DNA of 64,000 nucleotides from Candidatus Poribacteria bacterium (GTDB lineage Bacteria; Poribacteria; WGA-4E; WGA-3G): NCBI GenBank assembly GCA_965197475.1, contig CBDANF010000003.1, positions 2,816,001 to 2,880,000 of the forward strand, read 5' to 3'. Shown piece by piece: positions 62,888 to 64,000 of this stretch (position 1 is its first letter; each line of letters starts with the position of its first letter). The notes under the pieces were generated by a model. It saw only the letters and a program-made list of their open reading frames with translations, ran no database searches and was not told where the DNA came from. The position numbers and the translations under genes were made by a program.

Positions 62888-64000
62888 TTAGTTTTCTGCG
62901 TCAGGTTGTGAGTTTGGTACTAGGTCGGAGGTACCGTTTTCCTGTTCCTGATAAAATTTATAGCCATCGTTATCTTCATCAAGTTCATATTGGCGGACAA
63001 TCTGTTCCGCATCTCGAAGATAGGGTCTTTCCCCTTTTGAAAGGCTTATATACGTTTTGAAACCTTCGTAAGCGGCACCAAATTCTCGAATAGAACGATA
63101 GCAGACTGCTTGTTGATAGACAGCTTCATTCCGCCATATAGATTCTGCAGCATCTTGAAGCAAGTTTTCATAAGCTTGTATTGCACGTTCGAACTGACCA
63201 CTCTGCTGGTAAAGGTCACCAACTCGGTATAGAGAATCGGCAACAGCGAATTTTTTGTGCGAAAGATCTCGAATTAACACTTTATAAGTTTCAATAGCGT
63301 GTGGGAAGTTACGTAGTTCCTTCCAATTCTTCGCGATACCTTGAAAATTCTGAACAACAAGCTCAATTTTTCCCATTCGCCATCTGTCGGAGGGGACCAC
63401 ATACCGATCATTTTCTTCATATGCCTTGGCTTTTTTGCTTCTGTTTTGCTGAATTTCATCTTGGTATTGTTTGATTTTGATCAAGAGTTCTTCAGCTTCA
63501 GTTAAGATTGTTTTGACCTGTACAGCTTCAAAAGTACCGGGAAATTTTTGGGCGACTGCGAGAAAAGCTCCCCAACCGCCTGAATTAGTGTAGTCATACA
63601 ATTTGTAAAAGTAAATGTTTCCAACCTGAAATTGCGCTTGTACTGCTTTTTGATGATTCGAAAATTCTTTGACCATTTTCTCGAAAGTTTTGATGGCTTC
63701 AGGGTAATTTCCCAATGACTCATACGCCTGCGCGACCTTGTAAAGTGCTTGTGCTGCAGTATTATATGTTTCATCGGTTTTTTCAATGTCATAAAGAGCT
63801 TTAAAGTTTTGGTAATTCGCAAGTTCCTGTGCAATTAACTGACGGTTCTTACGAATATTAGCGACACCGCTCTTTGCTTCATTGGCGTAGTATCCAGTAG
63901 GGTCAAGCTCAATGATTGCTTGATAATGCCCATTTGCTTTATCCCACTCATAATGCTTTTTGTAGATTTTTGCAATTTGATGGTGGGCGCGCTGTGCGTA
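62888..64000 (-). CDS. TPR-repeat protein (5' end off-window)
   Basis: Frame is open from 64000 to 62888, with repeated TPR helices. Confidence 0.8.
   Translation of the reverse strand, partial: YAQRAHHQIAKIYKKHYEWDKANGHYQAIIELDPTGYYANEAKSGVANIRKNRQLIAQELANYQNFKALYDIEKTDETYNTAAQALYKVAQAYESLGNYPEAIKTFEKMVKEFSNHQKAVQAQFQVGNIYFYKLYDYTNSGGWGAFLAVAQKFPGTFEAVQVKTILTEAEELLIKIKQYQDEIQQNRSKKAKAYEENDRYVVPSDRWRMGKIELVVQNFQGIAKNWKELRNFPHAIETYKVLIRDLSHKKFAVADSLYRVGDLYQQSGQFERAIQAYENLLQDAAESIWRNEAVYQQAVCYRSIREFGAAYEGFKTYISLSKGERPYLRDAEQIVRQYELDEDNDGYKFYQEQENGTSDLVPNSQPDAEN

Overview
Bacterial chromosome segment. It is most likely Candidatus Poribacteria, inferred from a LamG fragment ending PVEPAGKLATTWGTIKSR and from His/Cys-rich secreted proteins. 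The housekeeping and metabolic backbone includes rng, a PorX-like two-component pair, a nitrite/sulfite reductase-TusA fusion, oxidoreductases, SRAP, E1-alpha, purC, an ABC exporter, argS, an aminotransferase, mtnP and an RNase Z-like protein. Mobile DNA is very dense: two copies of a passenger-carrying IS1595, another IS1595, IS630, two IS3, IS1, two IS701/IS4-like elements, an IS5/ISL2 fragment, a TnpB-only IS200/IS605 element and two MITE families. Most have readable terminal inverted repeats (TIRs), and several have target-site duplications (TSDs). The stand-out locus is 44851-49045. An intact tnpB element sits beside a cas-less CRISPR array of 37-bp repeats. The fourth spacer position holds 1848 bp of phage-like DNA whose two terminal genes are cut exactly at the repeat edges. 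The last repeat is joined precisely to a second, truncated tnpB left end and upstream region in place of a leader. Inside the insert, cargo genes are separated by repeated copies of a methyltransferase 5' end. Several homopolymer frameshifts may be consensus errors, and the CRISPR junctions need read-level confirmation.
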